From assembly GCA_964474445.1 (NCBI GenBank), contig CAYYSJ010000002.1, positions 53,610 to 117,609 of the forward strand: a stretch of 64,000 bases of DNA. The letters are read 5' to 3'. The notes under the pieces were generated by a model. The model was not told the DNA's origin. It was given only the letters and a program-made list of their open reading frames with translations, and searched no databases. Positions 40,102 through 49,313 of the stretch are shown here, piece after piece. Each line of letters starts with the position of its first letter. Positions within the stretch are counted from its first letter, which is position 1. The position numbers and the translations under genes were made by a program. Source of the DNA: an uncultured Gammaproteobacteria bacterium. GTDB lineage: Bacteria > Patescibacteriota > Microgenomatia > Levybacterales > UBA12049.

Positions 40102-41039
40102 ACTCTCACTGCTTCAACAGCTAATGCTTCCGACTCTTTCTTCAGTGGCCTGGTAATTTGATAAATAGCAAAGAGGAGTATTACCACACCCAAAATTTGT
40201 GTTGGAGAAAGCACCTTGTGATACAAGAAGTAATCAATAAAAATAGCAGAAGCTGGCCATACTAATTCACATAGTGTTGTAATTCGTGCTGGAGTACGCT
40301 TAAGACCATAATAATAAAAACTAAGTGCGACCAAGCCAGTTGAGAAGGTAATAAGAAGAAGAGTAATAAATTGTTGAGGGTTAATTGCAAAGAGCGCTTT
40401 ACCTTGATGACCAGCAAACACAAACCCAAGTGCAAAGATTGGTGCGAAGAAATATCTCATAGCAACTCCAGTAAGAAAGGTAACTTTATTTAATACATAT
40501 TTACTCAAGGCGGTACTGGACCCCCACATAAGTCCTGCTCCAATTGCCAAAAGTCCTGCGAAAAGTGTCCCACTCCCTGTTGCAAGGTTAACACGAAGGT
40601 TAGGGAACGTGATAAGGTATGCTGCAGTAAGAGCAACTACCGCCCACCAAATGAAATTCTTGGTGATTTTTTCTTTCAGAAGTAGAGCTGCTGTTGCAAT
40701 AGCCCAAAGAGGTTGTAGTTGCTGCTGAAGCAACACGACAACAGAATAGGAAGAGTAGTTAATTTGCTGGAGTGCACTGGTATACAGAATTGTTCCAAGA
40801 GCACCGGAAAAGAGAGAGACAGTGCCTATTGCTAGCCATTCTTTTCTGGACATTTTCTTCACATCTTTTATCCAGGCAAAAGCGACAAATAACAGAATAA
40901 CTGCACCGAGTGCGTGTTCGTAGAAGACGATAACTGAAGGAGGGAGGCTGTAGAGACTGATACGTAAAAGTCCATCAAAACTCCACAAAAGAGCAGTGAT
41001 GATAATAAATAGTGGTCCAAAGGCTAAAAGTCTTTTCAT
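40098..41039 (-). CDS. EamA/DMT family transporter, probable flavin transporter
   Basis: About 10 TM in two repeats, LLKEKI motif; preceded by an FMN-class riboswitch. Confidence 0.85.
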   Translation of the reverse strand: MKRLLAFGPLFIIITALLWSFDGLLRISLYSLPPSVIVFYEHALGAVILLFVAFAWIKDVKKMSRKEWLAIGTVSLFSGALGTILYTSALQQINYSSYSVVVLLQQQLQPLWAIATAALLLKEKITKNFIWWAVVALTAAYLITFPNLRVNLATGSGTLFAGLLAIGAGLMWGSSTALSKYVLNKVTFLTGVAMRYFFAPIFALGFVFAGHQGKALFAINPQQFITLLLITFSTGLVALSFYYYGLKRTPARITTLCELVWPASAIFIDYFLYHKVLSPTQILGVVILLFAIYQITRPLKKESEALAVEAVRV

Positions 41040-41055
41040 GATTAGTTTTGTCTAC

Positions 41056-41079
41056 AAAAAATACCCCTCGTCGGGGTAT
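41056..41079 (-). terminator. Intrinsic terminator of the riboswitch expression platform
   Basis: ATACCCC-GACGA-GGGGTAT-TTTTT on the minus strand. Confidence 0.85.
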
Positions 41080-41154
41080 GTCAAAAAACTCAAAATAGTC
41101 AGTATTTCAGAGAATCAGACATACTGAAACTCCAGTTTACTGAATATTTTGGAT

Positions 41155-41383
41155 TATCTTTCTTACTCTTCTTAAAAGGAAAAACATTTGACGTTTTTAT
41201 CGATTTAAAAAGTCGCATTTAATGCGATTCCGACTATACGGCCGCTACCAGAATTACACTGGTTCTTCCTGCAAATTCAAGAACTTTTATCCTGAGCTTG
41301 TCGAAGGATCGTGGAGTTTATCATGTACCGTTCTGGTATAGATTTCACCACCGATAAGGATTTTCACCTAACCCCGAAAGATA
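41155..41383 (-). ncRNA. FMN-class riboswitch, variant with large insertions
   Basis: P1 UAUCUUUC/GAAAGAUA; CGGGG..AGGUGAAAAUCCU; CGGUGG...CCACGA; ACCAG-UGUAAUU-CUGGU; CCG-UAUAGU-CGG. Confidence 0.85.
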
Positions 41384-41421
41384 TATTGAGAATACACCAT
41401 GAAAAATGCAATAGCAATAGG

Positions 41422-41634
41422 TTATCCTCTTCGTAATGATGATTTCCTTGGGTTTGCTCCAATTGCATTAATTGCTGCTATATCCTCCTCGCCGAGACGT
41501 ATTTCATTAAGACTTTCAGGTGGTATTATTCCAAAGGGGACCAAAACAGTTCTAATTGGAAGCAAAATGAGCGCTCTAACACCAACTTTCAATCTTCTCC
41601 AATTAGTCAATTGTTCTACTTGTTCTGTTGTCAT
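41422..41634 (-). CDS. Small hypothetical protein
   Basis: 70 aa ORF with an upstream GGTGGGTG SD-like tract and TATAAT. Confidence 0.5.
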   Translation of the reverse strand: MTTEQVEQLTNWRRLKVGVRALILLPIRTVLVPFGIIPPESLNEIRLGEEDIAAINAIGANPRKSSLRRG

Positions 41635-41785
41635 ACATTTTCACCCACCTTTCAATGTCCAATAGTTTTTTATTTACACCTATATTATACTCTTATTGTT
41701 AAACTTGTAGGCATAGTTTTTCCTTTAGTCTCATAAGAGAAAAATGAATCTTTTATTCTCCTTAAGGTTTTTGTTAAATCAGGTC

Positions 41786-41822
41786 TTGACAATTGTTAGC
41801 AGTGTTGTTATATTAGTGCTAA
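41786..41822 (+). promoter_or_regulatory. hrcA promoter overlapped by a CIRCE element
   Basis: TTGACA-17-TATATT; TTAGCAGTG-N9-TAGTGCTAA at 41796-41822. Confidence 0.85.
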
Positions 41823-41841
41823 TCCTGCCATTTGTAGATTT

Positions 41842-42573
41842 ATGAATGACCTAACTCAAAGACAAATTCAAATCCTCAAAAGTCTTATTGAAGAATATAT
41901 CGAAACAGCTGATCCCGTTGGCTCCGAAACTCTTGAAAAAAAGCATAATTTATCAGCAAGTCCAGCAACTATTAGAAATGAAATGGTTCGATTGACAGAC
42001 CTTGGCTATCTCAAAAAACCTCATACATCTGCGGGTCGCATTCCAACTCCTCAAGGCATGAAATTTTATGTCAAACAACTTATGAAGGAAAAAGAATTAT
42101 CAGTTGCAGAAGAAGTTGCACTGAAAGAGAGAGTGTGGGATTATCGTGAACAAGAAGCAAGATTCTTAAAAGAAGCAGTAAAATCTTTAGCTGAAAAAAC
42201 ACGAGCACTGGCTGTTGCAACCACTCAAGGAGGAGATGTCTTTGCAGCAGGATATGCAAATATTTTGGACATGCCAGAATTTTATGATATCGATATAACC
42301 AAAAATTTACTAACAGCACTTGATGAATTTGAAACTTTCCGTGCAATCTGTTCTATTCCACAAGATGAAGAAGAAATTCATGTCTTGGTTGGTGAAGATT
42401 TAGCACCAAGACTGCAAGGCCCTTACGGATTTGTTTTTACCAGGTATCACACACCGTTAAATGAAACTGGTGAAATTGGCGTCTTAGGGCCAACACGGCT
42501 TGCTTACACGTCTGTTGTACCAGTTGTCAGATATTTTGGCGATTTAATTGAAGAAATTGCCAAGGGATGGTAA
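41842..42573 (+). CDS. hrcA: Heat-inducible transcription repressor HrcA (short form)
   Basis: YIETADPVGS, SPATIRNEM..L, PHTSAGRIPT, GVLGPTR. Confidence 0.95.
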   Translation: MNDLTQRQIQILKSLIEEYIETADPVGSETLEKKHNLSASPATIRNEMVRLTDLGYLKKPHTSAGRIPTPQGMKFYVKQLMKEKELSVAEEVALKERVWDYREQEARFLKEAVKSLAEKTRALAVATTQGGDVFAAGYANILDMPEFYDIDITKNLLTALDEFETFRAICSIPQDEEEIHVLVGEDLAPRLQGPYGFVFTRYHTPLNETGEIGVLGPTRLAYTSVVPVVRYFGDLIEEIAKGW

Positions 42574-42617
42574 GGGCAGAGCTGCAGTGCAGTTGCAGAT
42601 AGTTGGTAATATATGAT

Positions 42618-43127
42618 ATGGATGAAAAAAGAAGAGACAAAGAAAATCACATAGAAGAAGAGAATATTGTTGAGAGCGAAGTAAAGCATTCTCAAGAAAT
42701 TAAAACAGAGAAAAAAGAAGAAAATGATCTTTTACAAAAAGTTCAGGAATTAGAGGATAAATACAGAAGAGCCTTGGCAGACTATCAAAATCTGCAGAGA
42801 AGAACTCAGGACGAGAAACGAGAATGGGCACGATTTTCAAATAAAGATTTGATCTTGAAACTCTTGCCGATTCTCGATACACTAATGCTTGCAGAGAAGC
42901 ATACAAAAGATCAGAATTTTGTCTTGACTGTACAGCAATTCTTGCAAGCATTAGAGCAAGAAGGAGTAAAAAGAATCAAGACCATTGGTGAGGAATTTAA
43001 TCCTCATACAATGGAAGCAGTCTCAACAGCAGAAGGTGATAGAGGCAAAGTTGTTGAGGAGCTGCGAGCAGGATACATGTTGTTTGACATGGTCCTGCGA
43101 CCAGCACAAGTAATAGTTGGGGAATAA
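42618..43127 (+). CDS. grpE: Nucleotide exchange factor GrpE
   Basis: [13 protein letters not shown]...EA, GY....VLRPAQV. Confidence 0.95.
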   Translation: MDEKRRDKENHIEEENIVESEVKHSQEIKTEKKEENDLLQKVQELEDKYRRALADYQNLQRRTQDEKREWARFSNKDLILKLLPILDTLMLAEKHTKDQNFVLTVQQFLQALEQEGVKRIKTIGEEFNPHTMEAVSTAEGDRGKVVEELRAGYMLFDMVLRPAQVIVGE

Positions 43128-43132
43128 ACATT

Positions 43133-45040
43133 ATGGCACAAAGTAAAATTATTGGTATTGATTTAGGAACAACAAATTCGTGTGTTGCAGTCATGGAAGG
43201 TGGGCAACCAAAAGTTATCCACTCTGCAGAAGGACGCAATGTCATCCCATCTGTTGTAGATCCAAAAACACACGTTGTTGGAGATGTGGCAAAGCGTCAA
43301 TTAGTTCTTAAGCCAAGAGAAACCATCTTCTCAGTCAAGCGCATCATGGGTCGAAAATATCATGATGAATCTGTTCAATATGATATTAAATGGCTTCCAT
43401 ATACCGTCAAAGCGGGGCGAGACGATATGGCAGATGTTGAAGTAGGTGGAAAAATGTATACTCCTCAGGAAATTTCAGCAATGGTGCTGCAAAAAATTAA
43501 AACTGACGCAGAGGCATATCTTGGAGATAAAGTAACCCAAGCTGTTATTACCGTTCCAGCATATTTTGATGATGCACAAAGGCAAGCAACTAAGCAAGCT
43601 GGGGAAATTGCAGGTTTGGAAGTTTTGAGAATTATCAACGAGCCAACTGCAGCAGCACTTGCTTACGGCTTGGATAAGAAGAATGCACATACCATCGCTG
43701 TCTATGATTTGGGAGGCGGAACATTTGATATTTCAATTCTCGAGCTTGGTGAAGGTGTTTATGAAGTGAAATCAACCAATGGTGATACTCACCTTGGTGG
43801 AGATGATTTTGACCAGAAGATTGTTGATTATTTAGCAGATGAATTTAAAAAGGAAAATAATATAGATCTTCGAAAAGATCCGCAAGCATTGCAAAGACTT
43901 CGAGAGTCAGCAGAAAAAGCAAAGATTGAATTGTCATCCTCTCAGGAAGCACAAATTAACCAGCCATTTATTACCGTTGGACCAAATGGGCCACTTCATT
44001 TAACAATGACCCTTACCCGAGCAAAGCTTGAGGCAATTGTTGATGATCTTATTCAAAAATCACTTGAGCCAGTAAAGAAAGCGCTTTCTGATGCAAAAAA
44101 GAGTATCTCTGATATTGATGAGGTTGTGCTGGTTGGTGGTATGACTAGAATGCCAAAAGTGATAGAGACAGTGACCAAATTCTTTGGAAAAGAGCCAAAT
44201 AAGTCAGTTAATCCAGATGAAGTAGTTGCAATTGGAGCAGCAGTACAGGGTGGTGTGTTGGCTGGAGAAGTTACAGATGTCCTCCTTTTGGATGTAACAC
44301 CTTTAACGCTTGGTCTTGAGACTTTAGGCAGTGTCAGTACACCACTTATTCAACGAAACACAACCATTCCAACCAGTAAATCTCAAGTTTTTTCAACAGC
44401 AGCAGACAATCAAACGCAAGTTGAAATCAATGTTCTGCAAGGAGAACGTCCAATGGCAGCAGACAATAAATCACTTGGAAGGTTTATTCTTGATGGTATT
44501 CCACCAGCTCCTAGAGGTGTTCCACAAGTGGAAGTGACCTTTGATATTGATGCGTCAGGAATTTTGTCTGTGAAGGCTAAAGATAAAGCATCTGGCAAAG
44601 AGCAGTCTATTAAGATTACTGGCTCAACAGGCCTTTCTAAAGATGAAGTCGAGAAAATGACCAAAGAAGCGGAGCTTCATGCAAAGGAAGATGAAGAGAA
44701 GAAGGCAAAGATAGAAGCACGAAATCATGCAGACTCTCTTATCTTTACTGCTGAAAAAGCACTGAAAGACGGTGGAGATAAAGTTCCTGCTGATGTAAAG
44801 AGTGAAGTAGAAGGTAAGATCAAAGATTTGAAAGACATTTTAGATACTGGGAGTAAAGAAGATTTGGAAGCAAAGACAAAAGATTTGTCTGAGACCCTCT
44901 CAAAGATTGGACAAGCAGCATACCAACAAGGTCAGCAAGCAACGACAGAACCTGAAGTTGAAGCAAAAGAAGAAGATGGTTCGACAGGCTCATCAAAAAG
45001 TGGTAAGGATGAGGCACAAGAAGGAGAAGTGATTAGTTAA
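43133..45040 (+). CDS. dnaK: Chaperone DnaK
   Basis: [23 protein letters not shown]. Confidence 0.99.
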   Translation: MAQSKIIGIDLGTTNSCVAVMEGGQPKVIHSAEGRNVIPSVVDPKTHVVGDVAKRQLVLKPRETIFSVKRIMGRKYHDESVQYDIKWLPYTVKAGRDDMADVEVGGKMYTPQEISAMVLQKIKTDAEAYLGDKVTQAVITVPAYFDDAQRQATKQAGEIAGLEVLRIINEPTAAALAYGLDKKNAHTIAVYDLGGGTFDISILELGEGVYEVKSTNGDTHLGGDDFDQKIVDYLADEFKKENNIDLRKDPQALQRLRESAEKAKIELSSSQEAQINQPFITVGPNGPLHLTMTLTRAKLEAIVDDLIQKSLEPVKKALSDAKKSISDIDEVVLVGGMTRMPKVIETVTKFFGKEPNKSVNPDEVVAIGAAVQGGVLAGEVTDVLLLDVTPLTLGLETLGSVSTPLIQRNTTIPTSKSQVFSTAADNQTQVEINVLQGERPMAADNKSLGRFILDGIPPAPRGVPQVEVTFDIDASGILSVKAKDKASGKEQSIKITGSTGLSKDEVEKMTKEAELHAKEDEEKKAKIEARNHADSLIFTAEKALKDGGDKVPADVKSEVEGKIKDLKDILDTGSKEDLEAKTKDLSETLSKIGQAAYQQGQQATTEPEVEAKEEDGSTGSSKSGKDEAQEGEVIS

Positions 45041-45075
45041 GATTGCGATTTAAGAATTAAGATAGAGGAATAATT

Positions 45076-45097
45076 GTGCGCGCGTGAGCGCATTTTT
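45076..45097 (+). terminator. Terminator-like hairpin between dnaK and dnaJ
   Basis: TGCGC-N6-GCGCA-TTTTT. Confidence 0.55.
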
Positions 45098-45142
45098 AGT
45101 ATAATTAGCACGTACTACAAAGGATAAGAAAGGACTAAACCT

Positions 45143-46018
45143 ATGCCGACAGCAAAAGATTATTATGAAATTATGGGAGTCTCAAAATCTGCGACAGATC
45201 AAGAGATAAAATCCGCGTATCGAAAACTTGCTTTGCAATATCATCCTGACCGCAACAAAACAAAAGAAGCAGAGGAGAAATTTAAGGAAGTTACAAAAGC
45301 ATACGAAGTATTATCGGATTCTCAAAAAAGACAAACTTACGACCAATTTGGTGCAGCAGCTTTTGAGCAAGGTGGCATGGGTGGAGGCAATCCTTTTGCT
45401 GGAGGGTTTGGCGGGCAGCAAGGACCATTTACATATACATACACAACTAATGGAGGTGGGTTTGATTTCGGTGGATTCAATGATCCTTTTGACATCTTTG
45501 AACAATTTTTCGGAGGGGCATCCCCTTTTGGTAGACAACAACGCCGTCCAATATACTCTGTTACGATAGACTTTATGGAATCTGTTAAAGGAATAACGAA
45601 AAAGGTAACGATTAATGGCAAGCAGCAATCAATTAAAATCCCAGCAGGTGTTGATAGCGGATCTCGCATTCGTTTTCAGGATTATGATGTCGTTATAGAA
45701 GTCCTCCAGCATAATCGGTATAAAAGAGAAGGATATGACATTGTGACAGATGAAGAAATCTCTTTTCCACAGGCGGCTTTGGGAACAGAGTATACAGTAG
45801 AGACTATTGATGAAAAGGTGACTGTTCGAATCCCTGCCGGTACACAACCCAATGCTCTTATCAGACTTCGTGGCAAAGGGGTACCTCATCTCCAAGGATC
45901 TGGAAGAGGGGATCACTATATGCATGTGAAAGTCGTTGTACCTAAAAATTTAACTTCTCGCCAGAAAGAGCTTCTCAAAGAGTTTGATGGGGAAAAAAGC
46001 AAAAAAGGTTGGTTTTAA
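45143..46018 (+). CDS. dnaJ: DnaJ/CbpA-type chaperone lacking the zinc finger
   Basis: HPD J domain, G/F region, C-terminal domains, no CxxCxGxG. Confidence 0.9.
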   Translation: MPTAKDYYEIMGVSKSATDQEIKSAYRKLALQYHPDRNKTKEAEEKFKEVTKAYEVLSDSQKRQTYDQFGAAAFEQGGMGGGNPFAGGFGGQQGPFTYTYTTNGGGFDFGGFNDPFDIFEQFFGGASPFGRQQRRPIYSVTIDFMESVKGITKKVTINGKQQSIKIPAGVDSGSRIRFQDYDVVIEVLQHNRYKREGYDIVTDEEISFPQAALGTEYTVETIDEKVTVRIPAGTQPNALIRLRGKGVPHLQGSGRGDHYMHVKVVVPKNLTSRQKELLKEFDGEKSKKGWF

Positions 46019-46036
46019 AAATGGTTCCACGAAATA

Positions 46037-46255
46037 TTGTCGTTCTGTATGTGGGTTGCAAAAAAGCTCTATATTCCACATGTGAGTCTTGCTCGTTCAG
46101 TTGATGCAACACAATGTATGCAGGCATTAGAACTGCTTCCCGACGATATTGCTTATACAACTCTTGTTAGGGAAATTGTTCTTGTTGAGAGAGGACCTCA
46201 TGGGACATGTAAAAAAGTGTTAGAAAAATTTCCTCTAAATAATTTGAAGCAATAG
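46037..46255 (+). pseudogene. C-terminal fragment of a 2H-phosphoesterase (2'-5' RNA ligase-like)
   Basis: YIPHVSLAR carries only one HxS/T motif; no N-terminal half. Confidence 0.45.
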
Positions 46256-46480
46256 CCAGAGGGTTAAGACCAAAGAACAAATTGTTATTCCAAACGCCAG
46301 TTTTACAAATAGCATTGCAAATCTTGGAAGATCTAGGGTAAAGGCTTCTTTTGCTTTATGAAGGCGAATTGTATAGAAGATATCATAAACAGTCATAAGA
46401 AAAAGAAGGAGACAGAATCCTAAGAGTAAGGATATTTTTGTGACAAGAAGAACATTAGGTATAAGAAATTCTCCTTCCAA
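46235..46480 (-). CDS. Small two-TM membrane protein
   Basis: 81 aa hydrophobic ORF overlapping the end of the upstream gene; start uncertain. Confidence 0.55.
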   Translation of the reverse strand: MEGEFLIPNVLLVTKISLLLGFCLLLFLMTVYDIFYTIRLHKAKEAFTLDLPRFAMLFVKLAFGITICSLVLTLWLLLQII

Positions 46481-47063
46481 AAAAGATGGGATTTGGAGAT
46501 TGGTTTACATGAATGTATTCTAGTTCCTCATTGTGTGTTAAAAAGTTGCGAAGCTTTGCTGCAATAGCAGTTGGACGGGAGATATGGTACAACACAAATT
46601 CTTCTGAGTGTGTTGGTCTATCAAATGTCAGTGTAATATTACCAAAATCAAATATTTCCTCAAAAATACCGTTTTTATTCTCATCAATTTCAGTACAGCG
46701 GACTTGGTCAAGAAGAATGGTATTGGTCTTGTGAATAAAAAATGGTGAATATGAAACTTCAACTAATTTATGTGTCGTAACAACATACAAATGGAAATAC
46801 CAATCAACAATAATTTTTGTCACAGAGCTGAGAAAAAATGCAATAAGACAGAAGAGAAGCGGGATAAGAAAGTATAGAACATGAGTCATGCTCAAAATAG
46901 CAAGGGAAAGAGAGAAAAAGATGCTCATAGACAGAGTCAATAAAAAAAGAGGGGGGATAAGGAGTAGATAATGTTGCCTTGTATAGAGAATTACTCTTTC
47001 TTCCGGCAATTCAAGAAAATGCTGAAGTTTTTCTCTAAGAAAGGAATTATTTGTGCCTGCCAT
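46455..47063 (-). CDS. Membrane protein with bacterial PH-like domain
   Basis: E.V...TRQH, two TM, YVVTTHKLV...IFDFGNI. Confidence 0.75.
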   Translation of the reverse strand: MAGTNNSFLREKLQHFLELPEERVILYTRQHYLLLIPPLFLLTLSMSIFFSLSLAILSMTHVLYFLIPLLFCLIAFFLSSVTKIIVDWYFHLYVVTTHKLVEVSYSPFFIHKTNTILLDQVRCTEIDENKNGIFEEIFDFGNITLTFDRPTHSEEFVLYHISRPTAIAAKLRNFLTHNEELEYIHVNQSPNPIFFGRRISYT

Positions 47064-47105
47064 AGTTGTCTACTTGTCAAGATACACTAGATGTAAGGTA
47101 AAGGC

Positions 47106-47121
47106 TGTAATCTTGCTTACA
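47106..47121 (-). promoter_or_regulatory. CRP/FNR-type palindrome TGTAA-N6-TTACA
   Basis: Perfect dyad centred at -41.5 relative to a TATCTT -10 (47084-47079). Confidence 0.6.
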
Positions 47122-47164
47122 AAGTTTGGTAAGTAAATAGTAAGAAAAAGGTAAGAAGGAATGA

Positions 47165-47803
47165 TTATAATAATCTTTTAAATAACTTATCTGAAATTAG
47201 TAACCCTCTACTAATTTTTTGAACCGAACCTTCTTTCTGTAATTTGTCCATTTCTAACGTGACTGTTTCTCTACTTAGTCCAGCCATGTCCGCAACTTCT
47301 TGGTGGGTAAAGGTAAAATCAACAACAGCAAAACCATTTTCCCATTTTCCAAGATTGTTGGCAACAAAAAATAACACATTGATAACTCTTTCAGAAGCGC
47401 TTCCTAATAATGTTGCCTCAAACCGTGATGCAACTCCTTCTAATCGATTAATGACTCTCTTTACCGTATATTGAAAAATGCGGGAATCCTCTTGTGTTAA
47501 TGCTAAATAATCTTCTTTTGGAGCACATTTTACTTCTATATTTGTAAGGGCTTGAAAAGTGTGTTGTGGCATTTTGTCAAAGAGTACCCATAAAATAGGG
47601 AAAAGATCGTGTGGTCCAAGAAGTGTATTGGTTAATTCACGCCCCTCCTTTGTTAAAAAAATGGTTCTAACAACCCCTTTTACTATATAGTAGACGTTTG
47701 TAGGTTCTTTCTCCCCAAAGAGAATATTTTCTCGTTTTTTATATCTATATGATTTATAACGAGAAAAGAAGTTCTCAAGTATTGCGATGACCTCTTCGTT
47801 CAA
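47165..47803 (-). CDS. Crp/Fnr family transcriptional regulator
   Basis: cNMP-binding-like N domain, HTH THQEVADMAGLSRETVT. Confidence 0.9.
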   Translation of the reverse strand: MNEEVIAILENFFSRYKSYRYKKRENILFGEKEPTNVYYIVKGVVRTIFLTKEGRELTNTLLGPHDLFPILWVLFDKMPQHTFQALTNIEVKCAPKEDYLALTQEDSRIFQYTVKRVINRLEGVASRFEATLLGSASERVINVLFFVANNLGKWENGFAVVDFTFTHQEVADMAGLSRETVTLEMDKLQKEGSVQKISRGLLISDKLFKRLL

Positions 47804-47851
47804 GATACCTGTAGTATAAAGCTCAAAAGTTTAAATAGCAAATAAGGAGTT

Positions 47852-48739
47852 CTATTGTTGTAATAACTTTAATGTTTTTGAATATAAATTAAATGAGGGT
47901 TTATCCATCATTTCGCTTTGTTGACTTCCAATAACAAAAGTTCCATCTTTCAACGAATCGAACTCTTTGAGGACTTGTTCTGCTCTCTCTCTTAATTTTT
48001 CTTTATTAAAAATACTGTTGATAATTTTGATCTGAGTTGGATGAATTGCTACTTTACTCCCAAATCCCATCTGAAAAGAAAGCTGGCATTCTTCTTTAAA
48101 ATCTCTTAGATTTTTGAGTGATCCGTATTTTCTTGATGGTCCATCTTTGAGAATAACCCTATTTTTTTTTGCAGATATAATGCATTCATTTAGAATGTGA
48201 ACAAGTGGATTTGGTTGAGTCAAATCTGAAGGTTTTTCAATTCCTAGCTCGGAAGATAAGTCTTCATATCCAATTGCTAAGATGTCATAAGGCCGTAATG
48301 CTTTCGTAATTGCGTCACGGTTTTCGTACCCAGTGAGTGTCTCTATAATAACACAAAGTTGTGTATTCAAAAATATATTCTGGTATTCAATGACTTCTTG
48401 AGTAGTTTCAATCTTAGGAATGATTACAAAGTTGGGATTGATTTTCTTTACTGCTTCTATGTCACATTGTGTGTAGGGAGAATTATGGTTATTTATTCTT
48501 ATTCCTATACAAAACATTGAATAGAATTGTTGTCTCAAGTGTCTACTATGAAGAAGATATGTAATAAGTTGCTCTCTCGCTTTAGTTTTTGTCTCAAAAG
48601 TATCCGCTACTGAGTCTTCAAGATCAAAAATAATAACATCTGGCTTATTTTCATCAATTAACGTAAGAGTTTTTCGTATAAATCTTTCTTTAATAGCAGG
48701 GAAAATAAGCCATGAACGTATTAAGTATGGATTTACCAT
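47852..48739 (-). CDS. HpcH/HpaI aldolase / citrate lyase beta (CitE-like) family protein
   Basis: DLEDSV, IRIN, IPKIE, IIET, GYEDL, GFGSKVAIHPTQI. Confidence 0.85.
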   Translation of the reverse strand: MVNPYLIRSWLIFPAIKERFIRKTLTLIDENKPDVIIFDLEDSVADTFETKTKAREQLITYLLHSRHLRQQFYSMFCIGIRINNHNSPYTQCDIEAVKKINPNFVIIPKIETTQEVIEYQNIFLNTQLCVIIETLTGYENRDAITKALRPYDILAIGYEDLSSELGIEKPSDLTQPNPLVHILNECIISAKKNRVILKDGPSRKYGSLKNLRDFKEECQLSFQMGFGSKVAIHPTQIKIINSIFNKEKLRERAEQVLKEFDSLKDGTFVIGSQQSEMMDKPSFNLYSKTLKLLQQ

Positions 48740-48992
48740 ATTGTTGTAATCTGCTTTGTAAGTACCAAAAAATAATCAAAAAAATGTATGAAGCTCGTAT
48801 CTGATGGGTGATAGTTATTTTCAATTTTGCAATCTGACTCTTTGTTTAAAAATTGTACTTATGGCCATTGGGGTATTGACCCTGATACCATCCGTGCATC
48901 ACACTGGCCATATCTTTGCAAAAATATACTTACCTATATTTACACAATTACTGAGTTGAAGAGACTTACTTAATCTGCTTTACTAAAAGTAT

Positions 48993-49310
48993 ATGCAGTA
49001 TCCAGTACTTCTATTACAATTCTGGTATTTTACCGCACCAAAAGGTATTCTTGCCTATTTTGCATCGCTCAATGCCTCGTTTTTCCAACTGTTTTCAATA
49101 CCCCTTCTTTTACAAACATTCTTTAAACCATGGAAAAATGAGTATCGTGAGGGTTTGGTCGGTTTTTCTATTGCAATGGGAATTGTCGTAAAGTCTTGTG
49201 TTATCTTTGCTGGACTTGTCTTATTTGGTCTAGTACTTCTAGCTGAAACGAGTTTATTCATTGGTTTTCTACTTTGGCCTATTGCAACAGTCTATTTATT
49301 ATTTTTGTAA
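48993..49310 (+). CDS. Small membrane protein upstream of the Clp ATPase
   Basis: FSIPLLLQTFFKPWK motif, TMs, 3-nt gap to the next gene. Confidence 0.75.
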   Translation: MQYPVLLLQFWYFTAPKGILAYFASLNASFFQLFSIPLLLQTFFKPWKNEYREGLVGFSIAMGIVVKSCVIFAGLVLFGLVLLAETSLFIGFLLWPIATVYLLFL

Positions 49311-49313
49311 TGT

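Noticed and set aside
45104-45130. TTAGCACGT as a CIRCE before dnaJ
   Set aside because: Only a partial left arm; no right arm at 9-nt spacing
48740-48846. Possible stop read-through joining the 21-codon ORF to the CitE-like gene
   Set aside because: Counting bases through the T runs shows the frames do not match
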